Assembly (NCBI GenBank): GCA_963662465.1
Contig: OY759599.1
Span: forward strand, 6,496,001 to 6,560,000
Direction of reading: 5' to 3'
Origin: Desulfatiglandales bacterium
Lineage (GTDB): Bacteria > Desulfobacterota > DSM-4660 > Desulfatiglandales > Desulfatiglandaceae
Length of the DNA stretch: 64,000 nucleotides
The notes under the pieces were generated by a model. It was not told the DNA's origin, searched no databases, and worked only from the letters and a program-made list of their open reading frames with translations. Below, piece after piece: positions 28,202-37,868 of the stretch (positions are counted from its first letter, which is position 1; each line of letters opens with the position of its first letter). Position numbers and translations under genes: made by a program.

Positions 28202-30028
28202 ATGGAAAAACTGGAAACAGAAGCGACCGAAAAAAAGAGTGCCGGAAGGCTTCCCAATCAGCGAGAACTTGAAAAAGAATTGGGAGATTATCTTTCAAAA
28301 AAATATGGTGATCGCGTCAAAATTATTTCTCCGTTTGTTCTTCCCAAAAAGGATCCAACAGATCAGAAGAGTCCAAAGTCCGGCCCCGACGGGGCTGATA
28401 TGGATGATTTTTTTATGATGCCCGAGGAAATGGCATCTTACCTGGATGGCTTTGTGGTGAAACAGGATCAGGTCAAGGCCGTCCTGGGAACAAAAATATG
28501 TACGCATTTTAATCGGATCAGGTTTAATCGCCAAAAGGAAGCTGAAAACCTTGGCGGAACCGGTAAAAGGTCCGGCGTCGGGATGATCAAAAATAATGTG
28601 TTGATGATCGGTCCCACCGGCGTGGGGAAGACCTATATCATCAAACTCATTGCGCAGAAGCTGGGCGTTCCCTTTGTCAAAGGCGATGCCACCAAATTCA
28701 GCGAGACCGGTTACGTGGGTGGGGACGTTGAAGATCTCATTCGGGATCTGGTTTACGAAGCGGATGACAACATTGAGTTGGCCGAGAACGGCATTGTTTA
28801 TATTGATGAGATTGATAAAATATCATCCTCCAGGAATTTAATCGGACACGATATCTCCCGGACCGGCGTTCAGCGGGCCTTGTTAAAGCCCATGGAGGAG
28901 ACCGATATCGACATGAAGGTCCCGCATGATCCCATCAGTCAAATTCAGGCCATTGAGCATTACAGGCGTACGGGAAAAAAGGAAAAAAAGGTGGTCAACA
29001 CCAAAAACATCCTTTTTATCATGAGTGGCGCTTTTGGCGATTTGACCGATATCGTTAAGAAAAGACTGCAGCGACAGGGGATTGGGTTCGAGGCCGATGT
29101 GCGATCCACCGAGATTCCGTGGGAAATATTAAAAGAGGTGCGTGCCCAGGATCTGGTTGAATTCGGGTTCGAGTCTGAGTTCGTGGGAAGGCTGCCGGTG
29201 GTGGTGGTGTTTGACGAGCTGACAAAGGACGATCTGTTTGAGATTCTCAAAAATCCGAATAATCCTATTATCATCAGCAAACGGATGGATTTCAGAGCCT
29301 ATGGGATCGATGTTAAATTTGAAGATGATGCGTTGAAACGCATTGCCGAATTGGCGGCAACGGAAAAGACCGGCGCCAGAGGGTTGGTGAGCGCCATTGA
29401 AAAAGTCCTGATTCCTTTTGAAACCCACTTGCCCTCAACAAACATCAAACAATTCCTGGTGACACGGGAAGTGGTTGATGATTCTGACGCGCAATTGTCG
29501 CTTTTGATGGAAAAGTCGGATGATGCGTGGATCGACCGTTTCGAAAAAGCGAAAAAGCATGAAATGGATGAGATCAAGCAGTATATCGTGGAACGGTCTG
29601 AGTATTTCAGCGATAAATTGGGCCTCGATTTTTATGATCGACGGCGGGAATTGATTGCGAGGCTCTATTTGCGGGATGTCACGGATATTGATATGGCCAT
29701 TGAAAAATTCAGAGCCATGTATGAGCAGATCCATGCCGAAAATGACGCCCTGAGGCAAAATCTCGATGTGAAAATCGTCTTTGATGATAGCGCCGTGGAC
29801 GAGATTATCCATCAAGCAGTAGAATCGGGCCAGGATGCCAGGCACCTGACCTTTCAATTGGCCAAGCAGCTTGAGTATGGGCTCAGGCTGGTGAAAGACC
29901 GTGCCGGTATGGCAGAGTTTATCATTAACAGCGCGGCGCTCACGGATATGGAGTCATTTATCAACGATCTTGTGAAGCGGGCATATCATGATCAAGATTC
30001 TCCCACCGCGGAGAAAACGGAAGAATGA
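28202..30028 (+). CDS. ClpX-like AAA+ ATPase lacking the N-terminal zinc-binding domain, with C-terminal extension
   Basis: NVLMIGPTGVGKT, DATKFSETGYVGGDVE, YIDEIDKI, GVQRALLK, IGF loop, EFVGRLP, TGARGL; start 28181 or 28202. Confidence 0.85.
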   Translation: MEKLETEATEKKSAGRLPNQRELEKELGDYLSKKYGDRVKIISPFVLPKKDPTDQKSPKSGPDGADMDDFFMMPEEMASYLDGFVVKQDQVKAVLGTKICTHFNRIRFNRQKEAENLGGTGKRSGVGMIKNNVLMIGPTGVGKTYIIKLIAQKLGVPFVKGDATKFSETGYVGGDVEDLIRDLVYEADDNIELAENGIVYIDEIDKISSSRNLIGHDISRTGVQRALLKPMEETDIDMKVPHDPISQIQAIEHYRRTGKKEKKVVNTKNILFIMSGAFGDLTDIVKKRLQRQGIGFEADVRSTEIPWEILKEVRAQDLVEFGFESEFVGRLPVVVVFDELTKDDLFEILKNPNNPIIISKRMDFRAYGIDVKFEDDALKRIAELAATEKTGARGLVSAIEKVLIPFETHLPSTNIKQFLVTREVVDDSDAQLSLLMEKSDDAWIDRFEKAKKHEMDEIKQYIVERSEYFSDKLGLDFYDRRRELIARLYLRDVTDIDMAIEKFRAMYEQIHAENDALRQNLDVKIVFDDSAVDEIIHQAVESGQDARHLTFQLAKQLEYGLRLVKDRAGMAEFIINSAALTDMESFINDLVKRAYHDQDSPTAEKTEE

Positions 30029-30037
30029 AAGCGAATA

Positions 30038-30088
30038 ACAGCTCACGGCTCACGGTTTTTCAACCGTACACCGTGAGCTGTAAAAAAA
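30038..30088. terminator. Heptamer-derived hairpin, candidate terminator between convergent genes
   Basis: acagctcacgg (30038-30048) pairs with ccgtgagctgt (30071-30081), followed by an A-run (U-run on minus strand). Confidence 0.65.
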
Positions 30089-30099
30089 TAGTTGCACCG

Positions 30100-30543
30100 T
30101 TATTTCGTTAAGGAATTCTCATAAGCTTCATCAATTCTTTGTCCCACATAGGAGATGGCGCCTTCGTTGTTTTCGTAAAGGTCAAAACAGTAGCCGTCTT
30201 CACCCAGCAGCCCCCCCGGCACCAGATCCCCTTCTTCGTCGGGATCCGTTACGAGGTCACCGTAAAAACATACTGACAGCCACCGGTTGTCCGGGTCGTC
30301 ATCTACGATGTCGATCATGGTGATCAGTGTTCCCTCTTCATCTTTTGCCTTGGTTCTGGCGCGAAGAGAGTAGCTGATGCCGGGTCTCGGAATAAAAGAT
30401 AAGGTGGCTCCATTTTTTTCCGAGAACCGATTGGCCAGCCTGAGGAAGACACCTTTCATATCCAGTTCATCCCGTGTCCATTTTTCCAGGATTTCTGAGA
30501 GATTAACGAAATCCTCGTGTCTTGAAAACATGTTCTCTTGCAT
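30100..30543 (-). CDS. Conserved hypothetical acidic protein
   Basis: RPGISYSLRA, DIVDDDPDNRWLSVCFYGDLVTDP, GEDGYCFD; AGGAG RBS; function unknown. Confidence 0.7.
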   Translation of the reverse strand: MQENMFSRHEDFVNLSEILEKWTRDELDMKGVFLRLANRFSEKNGATLSFIPRPGISYSLRARTKAKDEEGTLITMIDIVDDDPDNRWLSVCFYGDLVTDPDEEGDLVPGGLLGEDGYCFDLYENNEGAISYVGQRIDEAYENSLTK

Positions 30544-30587
30544 TGCTAAACTTTGCTCCTTAAAAACAAGAAATTTATTGACGGAAT

Positions 30588-30612
30588 AACTTAAAACTTA
30601 AAACCTAAAACC
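30588..30612. repeat. Heptamer array (AACYTAA)x3 just downstream of the deacetylase stop
   Basis: aacttaa aacttaa aacctaa aacc. Confidence 0.8.
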
Positions 30613-30617
30613 GCGGA

Positions 30618-31925
30618 TCAGGCCTCATCATACGACCCCCGGTCCCGATCCTGCAGGTAAACATGTCTGAATGCGCCTTTCTTCCCCTCCTGAAACCAGT
30701 CCAGACCGGTTTTACGGCAGGCCGGGCAGGCTTCCATGGGAATGTGGACGCCCATGATATGCTGGCCGGTACTGGCGGTTGACGAAATGGCAAAGGTTCC
30801 GGCACAATGGGAACAGCATCTTATTTTTTCATTTTGTCGTTCCTGAATGCCGTCCGTATCATAAAAAATGTCGCGTTTCCGTTCCAGGATATTTCCTTCT
30901 TCATAGGGTATTTTCGCAAGCCCACCCCGTAAAAATAAATTCTTTAGTTCCTCAACCTGTCGTTCAATTTGTCGCGTCACGTCCATGGTTTGAGGGCGAT
31001 AGTCTTTTTCGTAATTGGGTTCCTTTACATGCGATGTGTCCATGCCCGCCATGGCCATGATAATGCCCACATTGACATAGGGCAGGGCATTTTCAATGGC
31101 GTATCCTCCTTCAAGCACGGCAATGTCCGGCTTCAGGCGTGCATTGAGGATTGAATACCCGCGGGCGGAAAAGTTCATATCGGTGATGGGATCGTTGAAG
31201 TGGTTATCCTGGCCCGCGGAATTGATGACGATTTCGGGCTTAAATTTTTCCAGGAGCGGCATGACCAGTTCATCAAGGGTATAAAGGAAGCCCTGTTCAC
31301 CGGTTTGGGGCGGCAGGGGAATATTGATGGTTTTCCCCTGAGCATTGGGGCCGCCGGATTCACGGGGAAAACCGGTTCCCGGGTACAGGGTCCGACCGTC
31401 CTGGTGAATGGAGATGAAAAGCGTGTTGGGATCGTGCCAGTAAATATCCTGGGTGCCATCCCCGTGATGGCAGTCCGTATCCACAATGGCCACTTTTCGA
31501 ATGCCATAATGGGCTCTGATGTATTCGATCATGACCGCTTCAATGTTGATATTGCAAAATCCGCGATTACCGTGAACCACGCGCATGGCATGGTGTCCCG
31601 GCGGACGAACCAGAGCGAAGGCGCTTTCCACTTCCCCTTTTAAGACCGCGTCGGCGGCCACCAGGCAGCCGCCGGCGGATATCAGGTGGCTTTCCGTGGT
31701 GACGGAAGCTTCATTTGGAACACAGAAATGGGTGCGTTGAATGTCTTCATAGGCCGCCGGGCGTACACGATATTCCACAATTCCCGGAATATCCAGCAGA
31801 CCTTCTTCCATGACCTGGTCCTGGGTATAGAGAAGACGTTCCTCACGCTCAGGATGATCGGGGCTGATGGCCCAGTCAAAAGCGGGAAAAAAGACCAATC
31901 CGGTCCTGCGTTGTGCGCGTATCAT
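30618..31925 (-). CDS. Histone deacetylase-family Zn amidohydrolase
   Basis: HPER, RPPGHHA, GFCNIN, DTDCHHGDGTQ, SIHQ, YPGTG, SAGQD, LEGGY. Confidence 0.9.
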   Translation of the reverse strand: MIRAQRRTGLVFFPAFDWAISPDHPEREERLLYTQDQVMEEGLLDIPGIVEYRVRPAAYEDIQRTHFCVPNEASVTTESHLISAGGCLVAADAVLKGEVESAFALVRPPGHHAMRVVHGNRGFCNINIEAVMIEYIRAHYGIRKVAIVDTDCHHGDGTQDIYWHDPNTLFISIHQDGRTLYPGTGFPRESGGPNAQGKTINIPLPPQTGEQGFLYTLDELVMPLLEKFKPEIVINSAGQDNHFNDPITDMNFSARGYSILNARLKPDIAVLEGGYAIENALPYVNVGIIMAMAGMDTSHVKEPNYEKDYRPQTMDVTRQIERQVEELKNLFLRGGLAKIPYEEGNILERKRDIFYDTDGIQERQNEKIRCCSHCAGTFAISSTASTGQHIMGVHIPMEACPACRKTGLDWFQEGKKGAFRHVYLQDRDRGSYDEA

Positions 31926-31928
31926 GGG

Positions 31929-33596
31929 TCAAAGGCTCCTTTTCCATTGGGGGATGAGTCCGGGCGTTATGCTCATTTTAAGGCGGATGTTCCGGCCCAC
32001 CACCCGATAGCCTCGAATCATGTTGAAAATCTGTTTTTCCGTGATGGCGGTTTCCAGTGAATTGCCTTGTGCTCCGATCATCATGGCTTGCCGGCAAAGG
32101 GTTTCACGGGCCAGGTTGATGGCCTGGTCCATATCAAAACTACGATCGATTTTATGTTCCACCCCGGCTTCGGGGATGATGACAGTGCCCCTTTCCGTGT
32201 CCGCTTGCAGGGTAACCTGCGCCGTGACTCTGGCGACGGCGGCGCCCACGGCGTTGGCCACGTCATAATGGGGTGGTACACGGCAGGGCAATCCCAGTGC
32301 TTTTTCCACATAGGGCGCTAATTGAGGGGCGGGCCCGCCCATGACGAGTACGGATGTGGGCTCAATTTTTTCTTCGTTTAAGACCTCGTATATGGTGTAA
32401 ACCGGCTGTGCATTGATATCATAAACAAAAGCCCTGGCCGATTGGGCAATGGTGTCGGCCATCTGTTGTAAGACCCGTTCAGCGGCGGTTTCGGCTTTGC
32501 ACCCCAAGGCGTTGCCCAGGTCTTCCATGGCGGCCTTTGCCGCACGGTTGTTGCCGACGTCTAAAAGCCCGAGGGTGATCATGGCATCCGTTGGCGTGGC
32601 GGTGTCTCCCCCAAAGGCAACCGGCGGTCCTTTACGCGCGGGTCCCACAGTCAGGGTTCCGTCGGCATTCTTTTGAACGGCGCTGTCTCCCCCCGTACCC
32701 AGTGAATGGGTGATCAAGGATCGGATCAATGTTTTATAACGGCCCAGTTTAATTCCGTTGGGATTGAGAAGGGGGATGCCGTTAAGGACCACGGACATGT
32801 CGGTGGTGGTTCCCCCCACGTCCAGCACCAGGGTCGTTCCCGGGCACCCGTCCAAAGCCAGGGCGCCCATGACGCCGGCGGCAGGTCCTGATTGGACGGT
32901 TCGGGCGGGTGATTCGTTGCTTTTTATGAGATCAATGGTGCCGCCATCCGGCTTCAAAAGGTATCGTGGTGCGCGAAAGTTGCTTTCATCCAGGATGTGT
33001 TTAAGTGCATCGGAAAAGCCCTTATGGAGTTCATAGAGGGAGGCATTCAGATAGGTCGTAAAAATCCGACGGGGAAAATTGAGGATGCCTGAAATAGTGT
33101 GTCCCATGGCAACATGGGAGAACCGGTTCTTGACCCAATCGGCAATCTGATGTTCGTGAGTGGCGTTTCGAACCGAAAATTTTCCCACTACGCCAATAAC
33201 GTTGATGCCATCCGCCTCGATTTGCGCGGCGGCGTTCATAACGGACGACTTACTGAGGGGGACCGCCTCGAATCCCTGGTGATCCAGACATCCTTCGACC
33301 ACATGAAAAGACGGTCCAACGGAAAAGCAGGCCGGGTTGATGCCCGGTCCCGCGGATACGATCATGCCTGTAGGCTCAAGCTGGTCTTGAACGATGGCAT
33401 TGGTTGCCAGGGTGGTTGAAAAGGCCATGCGCTCAATCTGTTCCGGAACAATGCCGGCCAAGGTGCTTTCAAGAGCGTTTCGAAGGGTTAGAAGGAGATC
33501 TTCTCCCGTGGAGATTTTGGTTGCTGCTAAAATCCGATCCCCATCAATGAGTACCGTGTCCGTCTGTGTTCCACCTACATCAAGTCCCAGAATCAT
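31929..33596 (-). CDS. Hydantoinase/oxoprolinase-family ATP-dependent enzyme
   Basis: GLDVGGTQTD, STTLATNAI, SGPAAG, LDVGGTTTD, GTGGDS, TPTDA, ANAVGAA. Confidence 0.88.
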   Translation of the reverse strand: MILGLDVGGTQTDTVLIDGDRILAATKISTGEDLLLTLRNALESTLAGIVPEQIERMAFSTTLATNAIVQDQLEPTGMIVSAGPGINPACFSVGPSFHVVEGCLDHQGFEAVPLSKSSVMNAAAQIEADGINVIGVVGKFSVRNATHEHQIADWVKNRFSHVAMGHTISGILNFPRRIFTTYLNASLYELHKGFSDALKHILDESNFRAPRYLLKPDGGTIDLIKSNESPARTVQSGPAAGVMGALALDGCPGTTLVLDVGGTTTDMSVVLNGIPLLNPNGIKLGRYKTLIRSLITHSLGTGGDSAVQKNADGTLTVGPARKGPPVAFGGDTATPTDAMITLGLLDVGNNRAAKAAMEDLGNALGCKAETAAERVLQQMADTIAQSARAFVYDINAQPVYTIYEVLNEEKIEPTSVLVMGGPAPQLAPYVEKALGLPCRVPPHYDVANAVGAAVARVTAQVTLQADTERGTVIIPEAGVEHKIDRSFDMDQAINLARETLCRQAMMIGAQGNSLETAITEKQIFNMIRGYRVVGRNIRLKMSITPGLIPQWKRSL

Positions 33597-33635
33597 CGCT
33601 TTACCGCCATGGCATGAGTATTAATGGTTAACAAA

Positions 33636-34511
33636 TTATGCATTGATACTTCGATTCATTTTTCCGGATGTAAATTCTTCCAGGTCCAAAGCGATATGAT
33701 TAAATCCGATGTGACGAAATTTTTGGATAATGTCTTTTCGAATCGCATCATTTAGGATCAATTCGCGTTCCGTAGCTCCCACTTCGATTCGGGCCACGGC
33801 CCCGTGATGCCTCACCCGCAGTGTTTTGAACCCTTTGTTCAGGAGAAATTCTTCAGCCGTTTCAATCATGTTCAGTTTTTTTTCGGTGATGGCGCTGCCA
33901 TAGGGAAGTCTGCTGGCCAGGCATGCCATGGAGGGTTTGTCCCATTGGGGCAGCCCCATTTCTTTTGACAACAAACGAATCTCTGCTTTATTCAAGCTTG
34001 CATCCACCAGGGGCGCCCTGATGTCCGCTTCCACGGCGGCCTGAAGTCCCGGACGATAATCATCCAGGTCATCCACATTGGCGCCATGGACCACATAATG
34101 GATGCCCTTTTCCCGTGCAATTTCCCGTAGGGTTTCGAACAGGGCTTTTTTGCAATGGTAGCACCTGTCCGGACCGTTCGCCAAAAATCCTGGAAGATCG
34201 GATTCATGGGAAGAAAAGAGCAAGTGTGGTATCTCTCTTTCACGTGCGAACGCTATGGCTTCCATCCGTTCCCTAAGCGGGTGAATAGATGAAACCGCCG
34301 TGGCAGCCATTATTTTCCGCCCCAGCGCTTCCTTAGCGGCCGCTAGAAGAAATGCACTGTCCACGCCCCCCGAAAATGCCACCAGCAGGGACTTCATCTT
34401 TCTCAGCGCGACGATGAGACGTGCTTTTTTACTCCCGGCTGTGAGACTGTTCCTTATGTCGCTATGATCGGCATTCGGCAAAGCGGGGGGGGACGGTGAT
34501 TCAATACTCAT
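33636..34511 (-). CDS. larE: LarE-like ATP-dependent sulfur transferase (PP-loop)
   Basis: AFSGGVDS, RCYHCK, DDYRPG, WDKPSMACLASRLPYG, RVRHHG..ARIE, SGKMN; start uncertain. Confidence 0.82.
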   Translation of the reverse strand: MSIESPSPPALPNADHSDIRNSLTAGSKKARLIVALRKMKSLLVAFSGGVDSAFLLAAAKEALGRKIMAATAVSSIHPLRERMEAIAFAREREIPHLLFSSHESDLPGFLANGPDRCYHCKKALFETLREIAREKGIHYVVHGANVDDLDDYRPGLQAAVEADIRAPLVDASLNKAEIRLLSKEMGLPQWDKPSMACLASRLPYGSAITEKKLNMIETAEEFLLNKGFKTLRVRHHGAVARIEVGATERELILNDAIRKDIIQKFRHIGFNHIALDLEEFTSGKMNRSINA

Positions 34512-34590
34512 TGTGCTATTAACCCCATCACTTTTTCCCATGATATCAGTTATGGAAAAAAAAGTGAAGAAAGAGTTTGCGGATCCCGCA

Positions 34591-35373
34591 CTAGTCAATC
34601 TTGATCTTAAACCTGAAAGGGGACTTGTTGTTTCCCAGGATCAGAATGCCCTCCGGCCCATTAAAAAACAGGGGGCCGGGTGACCCTTCCTTACCTCCGA
34701 GCAACCGGCCGTCCACGATGGAACCCAGGTGACTTCCTCGATCGGAAACCCCGATGCGGCCGTCCTGCCGGATCAATTCCATATGGTGTCTTGAAATCTG
34801 AAGGGGTACGGCGTCCGGAATCCTCAGGTCATTATAGGACAATGGATCCCTGCTTTTTCTCCCGATAAGAAATGGGAATTTCCTGATCCGGTAGGGATTT
34901 TCCGGTAGTGCCTGGGAGGCAATGGGCGTTAGTCCTTCCATGGAAACCGTCCCCGCGTCCCCCTCCACCTTTTCTTGGACTACCGCCATGGCATCATGGT
35001 GCGGGTCACCCGTTTCGGAATGCTGCATTTGCAGTATTTTCATGTGAGAATCACGAAGACGTTCGAATATCACCTTTAAAACGGCCACGGCGGCATCCGG
35101 GTCGGTCTGAAGGCTTTCCAGAAAATCATTCCTGTGAATCTCGCGGGCCATGGTTTCTTCCATGGCCGTTACGGTGGCGCTGCGCGGTTTATCGTCGATC
35201 ATGCTCATTTCACCAAACGGTTCCCCCGCCTCAACATAACCCAGGTGAACCTGTTGGCTATCCAGCTGCTTCGTTACATGGGCACGCCCCCGCTCCAGAA
35301 TATAGACCGCATCGCCCATGTCGTTTTCTTTGATAATGATTTCTCCCGCTTCATATTGTCTTAACGTAATCAT
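34591..35373 (-). CDS. Cyclic-nucleotide-binding + FHA domain protein
   Basis: GEPFGEMSMIDDKPRSATV; FHA motifs FLIGR, ISRHH, DRGSHLGSIVDG; GGAGG RBS. Confidence 0.82.
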   Translation of the reverse strand: MITLRQYEAGEIIIKENDMGDAVYILERGRAHVTKQLDSQQVHLGYVEAGEPFGEMSMIDDKPRSATVTAMEETMAREIHRNDFLESLQTDPDAAVAVLKVIFERLRDSHMKILQMQHSETGDPHHDAMAVVQEKVEGDAGTVSMEGLTPIASQALPENPYRIRKFPFLIGRKSRDPLSYNDLRIPDAVPLQISRHHMELIRQDGRIGVSDRGSHLGSIVDGRLLGGKEGSPGPLFFNGPEGILILGNNKSPFRFKIKID

Positions 35374-35563
35374 CCGTCTTCCTCCCCCTGCGTTCCCGCA
35401 ATTCCTGATAGTTTGCCGATTTGAACATGAACATAAGCTTTCGTGTGGACGGCTCCGTGATGGCTCAGGGAAACCGGATTGGATTTGACGGATAGTAGAA
35501 AAACGACTATTCACTGTCAAGTTCATTCAGTCGCCATTCGACTGAAAAAAATCTCTTCGGGTT

Positions 35564-35592
35564 TTGACATTCCGGGACCATTCTTTTATAAT
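35564..35592 (+). promoter_or_regulatory. Consensus sigma-70 promoter
   Basis: TTGACA (35564-35569), 17-nt spacer, TATAAT (35587-35592), about 100 nt upstream of the AMIN gene. Confidence 0.8.
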
Positions 35593-35695
35593 ACTCGAAT
35601 TATCTGCCAGGCAATCATCGGTTGACTGTTGGAAACTCGCCTTAAATGTATTGCTTGCCAGGCTGTTTATCATTTGAAAGCGGAGGGATTTTTAA

Positions 35696-36145
35696 GTGAA
35701 AAGTATGCCTATTTATATCTTTGCTTTGCTCGCTTTTGTCTTGGCGGGGTATCCTTCACCTGTCGCTTCAAGTGAGCGTCTCGCAAGTGGGGCGAAAAGC
35801 GACAAGCAGGAAAAAGTCCTGGTAGGAGACATGAATTTTGTAAAAGAAGAAAATGGCGCTGAGAGAGTTTGTTTTTCACTGAGCCGTTTTTGTATTCCTG
35901 GGATCTTTTCTATTCCAGGGAAGAAACCCAGGATTGTCGTAGACATCAAAGGGGTTCCGGCATGGTATGGAAAGCCCCGAATCCAGGTCAACGGCAACCA
36001 GATTGAGCAGGTCCGAATTCATCTGCACAAGGCGGAAGACAAACTTCGGATTGTTTTGGACCTGAACCCTTCGCTGGATTTTATGGTTGAGCCCCGATAT
36101 TATGAGGCGGAACGTCTGTACTGCGTCTATGTGCTTCCCAAATAG
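35696..36145 (+). CDS. Exported AMIN-domain protein
   Basis: Signal peptide; PRIVVDI, IEQVRI, LRIVLDL. Confidence 0.75.
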   Translation: MKSMPIYIFALLAFVLAGYPSPVASSERLASGAKSDKQEKVLVGDMNFVKEENGAERVCFSLSRFCIPGIFSIPGKKPRIVVDIKGVPAWYGKPRIQVNGNQIEQVRIHLHKAEDKLRIVLDLNPSLDFMVEPRYYEAERLYCVYVLPK

Positions 36146-37025
36146 GGCCGCCGCTAAACGGCATATATTTATTCCTCTCCTGGTTTCCCTTCTGGTTATG
36201 GGGTTTTCACTGCCTGCGTGGTCCGGGGTCATTCGAACAACCGTCTCCAGCCATTGTACCATCACCCCTTCCGGTGATCTGGAATTAAACTTTGACATTC
36301 GGAATAAGGGCAACGTTACTGCCCACAAAACGGCGGCCACTTTGATCATATTTGATTCAATACGCCGTTACCCCGATTTGGGGGAAAACGCACCGGATGG
36401 GAATATTGCCCTGAAGGATAAAATCGACTGCCCTGGCTGGAAACCCGGTGTATATGTCGGTGTCGTTGTGGTTGCCTTTGAGGAAGAGAATGGTAATCCC
36501 CACATTGCTTATCATTTTTTTACCGTTAAATATCGTATGAAAAACAAGAATTTGCTCACTGCTGCCCCCCTTCAGCTGCTGGTAGACCCGCCTGTTTTCA
36601 ACCGGAAGGTCTTTTGGGACAGGGAAAAACCATTGAAGCTTATCTTGAAAAACTGCCGGAACTCAACCATTGCACCTGACCTGAACCTCTATCTTCCCGA
36701 TGGCTTCACCTCCCCGGGCGCCGGGGAGTCCTGCCAACTCCCGGCCGAAGATGAACGGGTGATCACGATTCCTGTTTTTCGAAGCGCAAATGCCGAGTCA
36801 AACAAAACCCTTCATCTGATCGTAAATTATGAATTCAACGAACTGCATTATGCTTCGCACCTCAAAAAAACGATCCGGATAGAAGAAAAACCGGTTTTTT
36901 TCAAGGCTTACCTGGTGATAAGTGCTGTTCTTCTTATTCTCTTGTGGGGGCTGTTGCTGGTTTTAAAAGAGAAAGTGAAGAGTGAAATAAATGAGGCTTA
37001 CCATGGAAACCGACGACATTATTAG
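36129..37025 (+). CDS. Exported beta-sandwich (Ig/CARDB-like) protein with C-terminal membrane anchor
   Basis: Signal peptide ending AWS; IRNKGNVTA motif; C-terminal TM followed by basic residues; start uncertain. Confidence 0.6.
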   Translation: MCFPNRAAAKRHIFIPLLVSLLVMGFSLPAWSGVIRTTVSSHCTITPSGDLELNFDIRNKGNVTAHKTAATLIIFDSIRRYPDLGENAPDGNIALKDKIDCPGWKPGVYVGVVVVAFEEENGNPHIAYHFFTVKYRMKNKNLLTAAPLQLLVDPPVFNRKVFWDREKPLKLILKNCRNSTIAPDLNLYLPDGFTSPGAGESCQLPAEDERVITIPVFRSANAESNKTLHLIVNYEFNELHYASHLKKTIRIEEKPVFFKAYLVISAVLLILLWGLLLVLKEKVKSEINEAYHGNRRHY

Positions 37026-37698
37026 AAAAGAAATTACCATTGCTATCCCTGCGCTCAATGAGGCCGGCACCCTCGCCGATATTATCACGGAAAGTAAGCA
37101 CTATTCAGATGATATCTTGGTCATTGATGGACATTCTACGGATGACACCGTGAAAATCGCTAAAGCCATGGATGTCCGCGTGATTTTTGACAACCGTAAA
37201 GGCAAAGGGGAGGCTATCAGGGTTGCCATTCCCCATCTGAACCGGAACATCGTGGTCTTCGTGGACGCGGACGGATCCCACGACCCAAATGATATACCCC
37301 GCCTGGTGACGCCGATCCTGAATGACGAAGCGGATCATGTGTCGGGTTCAAGACTCCTGGGGGGGTCAAGCGAACTTCATGGCGGATTCGACGAATGTTT
37401 TCGGCTCATGGGCAGTTCGTTTATCACGGCCTGTATCAACCATCGATTCAACGTTTCCCTTTCTGAAAGCCAAAATGGATTCAGGGCCATTCGAACAGCG
37501 GTACTCAGGTCACTTGGCCTTATTGAGGACATCACCACCATTGAACAGGAAATGATTATTAAAACCCTGAAAAAAGGCTATCGAATGGGAGAGGCGCCCA
37601 CTCACGAGCAGAAACGCAAGGCTGGATATTCCAAGATCCAAGTGAAAAGAGTCGCTTTTCGGTACGTCTGGACCCTTGTGAAATATCTCTATTTTTGA
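37003..37698 (+). CDS. GT2 glycosyltransferase (polyprenol-phosphate glycosyltransferase/DPM1-like)
   Basis: IPALNE, IDGHSTDDT, GKGEA, FVDADGSHDP, GSR, SQNGFRA, R..G.SK. Confidence 0.88.
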   Translation: METDDIIRKEITIAIPALNEAGTLADIITESKHYSDDILVIDGHSTDDTVKIAKAMDVRVIFDNRKGKGEAIRVAIPHLNRNIVVFVDADGSHDPNDIPRLVTPILNDEADHVSGSRLLGGSSELHGGFDECFRLMGSSFITACINHRFNVSLSESQNGFRAIRTAVLRSLGLIEDITTIEQEMIIKTLKKGYRMGEAPTHEQKRKAGYSKIQVKRVAFRYVWTLVKYLYF

Positions 37699-37723
37699 AT
37701 CACGTCACCCTTCACTCCGGGCT

Positions 37724-37868
37724 GGTTCCCATGCTCTGCGTGGGAACCTACCTTGGACGCTCCCGCGTCCGACAATTCGTCTTTTGAACAGCTACATGCC
37801 CATTTCTTAGGGCTCCAAACCGGGACGCAGAGCGTCCGAAAACCGTTCCCACGCAGAGCATGGGAACG
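37724..37868. repeat. REP doublet (REPIN-like): two inverted pairs of palindromes
   Basis: gttcccatgctctgcgtgggaac (37725-37747) is the exact reverse complement of 37845-37867; inner palindromes ggacgctcccgcgtcc (37755-37770) and ggacgcagagcgtcc (37823-37837). Confidence 0.88.

Noticed and set aside
36129..37025. PEP-CTERM/exosortase substrate
   Set aside because: TM and basic tail are present but there is no PEP motif and no exosortase in the window.
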